From the human T2T-CHM13v2.0 reference genome, Homo sapiens, in NCBI RefSeq assembly GCF_009914755.1, contig NC_060929.1: a DNA stretch of 64,000 nucleotides. One strand, written 5' to 3'. Below, one piece after another: positions 62,720-64,000 of this stretch (position 1 is its first letter; each line of letters begins with the position of its first letter). The notes under the pieces are model-generated. The model ran no database searches, was not told the DNA's origin, and saw nothing but the letters and a program-made list of their open reading frames with translations. The position numbers and the translations under genes are program-made.

Positions 62720-63350
62720 GCAAGGTAATGTTTAAGGCAGTGAGGCTGTTAACAGTGAACAAAACCGATGAAGTTCCTATCATTATGGAGCTTATAATTT
62801 GTTAGACAAACAGACAATAAACCAACCAACCAACAAGCAAACATTGTATGTGTGTGGTGTGTGTATGTGAGTGTGTATGTTTGTGTGTGTGTGTGTGCAT
62901 GCACACACCAGACCATGGTAATGCACAGAAGAAAAGTAAAGCCAGGTCTGGGGATAGAGAATGATGGGAGCTAGTTGCTGTTTTAGATGGGGTGGGTAGA
63001 TAACACCTCTCTGAAAACATGACCTGGAACAACAACTGAACAGAATGAGGGAGAAGCTTTCTAGGTAGAGGAAGAAGCACTCAAAAGCCTGTTATAGGTG
63101 GCAGTGAGGGAACGTGCCTATTATAGTTGCCGGTGAGGAAGCTGGTGTGGCTGGACCAGGGTGAGTGAGAGGGAGTAGGAAGTGAGGAAGGATCTGTTAG
63201 AGGATTGAAAAGGGCCACTTTGGCTGCTGTGAAATATAGATTGCTGCAGGGCAGGAGTGAAGCAGGGAGACCAGCAGGGAGGTTGTAGAGTGAGAACTGA
63301 GGCCTGGGTGAAGACACAGAGGGAAGACACTTCAGATTTACACATGACAC
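62720..63350 (-). mobile_element. L2 relic containing a (TG)n microsatellite (~62845-62900)
   Basis: cagtgaacaaaaccgatgaagttcctatcattatggagcttata...cctctctgaaaacatgacctggaac; tgtg runs. Confidence 0.7.
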
Positions 63351-63869
63351 AAAGCTTGGCAAAAACACTGGCTCATGTTTTGGAAGACAGAATCAATTTC
63401 CAGAAAAGTTTCAACAGCCTTGTCTAGTATTAGAGTCAAAATTAACATGATAATATTTAACAGGTCATTATAAAGCCTAACCTCAGATCTGAAAATTGCC
63501 TGTTTAAGAACTGTTGGGGAAGACTTGGGGGTTTTGTTTGATTCCAAAGGCATCATTAGCCAACAGTGAGATATGGTTTCCAAAACATTTAGGTGAATGC
63601 AGATTGCAGATACAGAAGCTTAAGCTAGAATCATGGGAGGTCAGGGTTCCACTGGACCGTGTGCTCATCAGGCCTCATCAGGAATCCAGGCCTATGAATG
63701 GGCATCGGCAGAGGTGAGTGCAGCAGCCCACTGCATGCATGCATTACAGGGTCAACCACCTCTAGTGATGGAGAGAGAAGTACCTTCTCTCCTGTAGAGA
63801 TGTATGAATGTGGTCATTGTTACTCTCGTGATCATTTTCCCTACCTATCAACAGCTTCCCCTCCACTGA

Positions 63870-64000
63870 TAAAGGAATAGTTGTAGCAATGGTTAGAAGT
63901 TAATAATATGAATAGGTAGCATTGTTTGGATTCTTGCTAAATGCCAGATAGTGTTTTAATGATTTGCATGGATAATTACGTTTAATCCTTGCAACAAACC
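63870..64000 (-). mobile_element. MIR fragment, runs off the window end
   Basis: gctaaatgccagatagtgttttaatgatttgcatggataattacgtttaatccttgcaacaaacc. Confidence 0.65.

Overview
Primate (human-like) non-coding genomic DNA, most likely a long intron. No host protein-coding exon, RNA gene, CpG island or CRISPR array can be supported, and I could not identify a host gene. Much of the window is interspersed repeats: about 35 Alu/FLAM copies, L2/MIR relics, DNA-transposon fossils (MER2, MER33, MER1B, MER5, MER46/Tigger4, MER44, MADE1), a solo LTR8, a solo LTR47-like element and a deleted HERV-L/MLT2 provirus with integrase and dUTPase remnants. The main structure is a 5'-truncated L1PA3-like LINE-1 (47325-51719, minus) whose ORF2 is interrupted by a near full-length, same-orientation SVA (49603-51019); both have readable target-site duplications (TSDs). 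Smaller oddities include three fold-back insertions inside repeats, a target site used twice by Alus, local duplications, a TALE-homeodomain motif cluster, a few candidate + strand cassette exons and a ~340 bp polypyrimidine tract. The LTR elements, the L1PA and the SVA all lie on the minus strand, hinting at a + strand host transcript. I found no convincing evidence of a new biological system. Repeat subfamily names come from recalled consensus sequences, and boundaries without a stated TSD are approximate.
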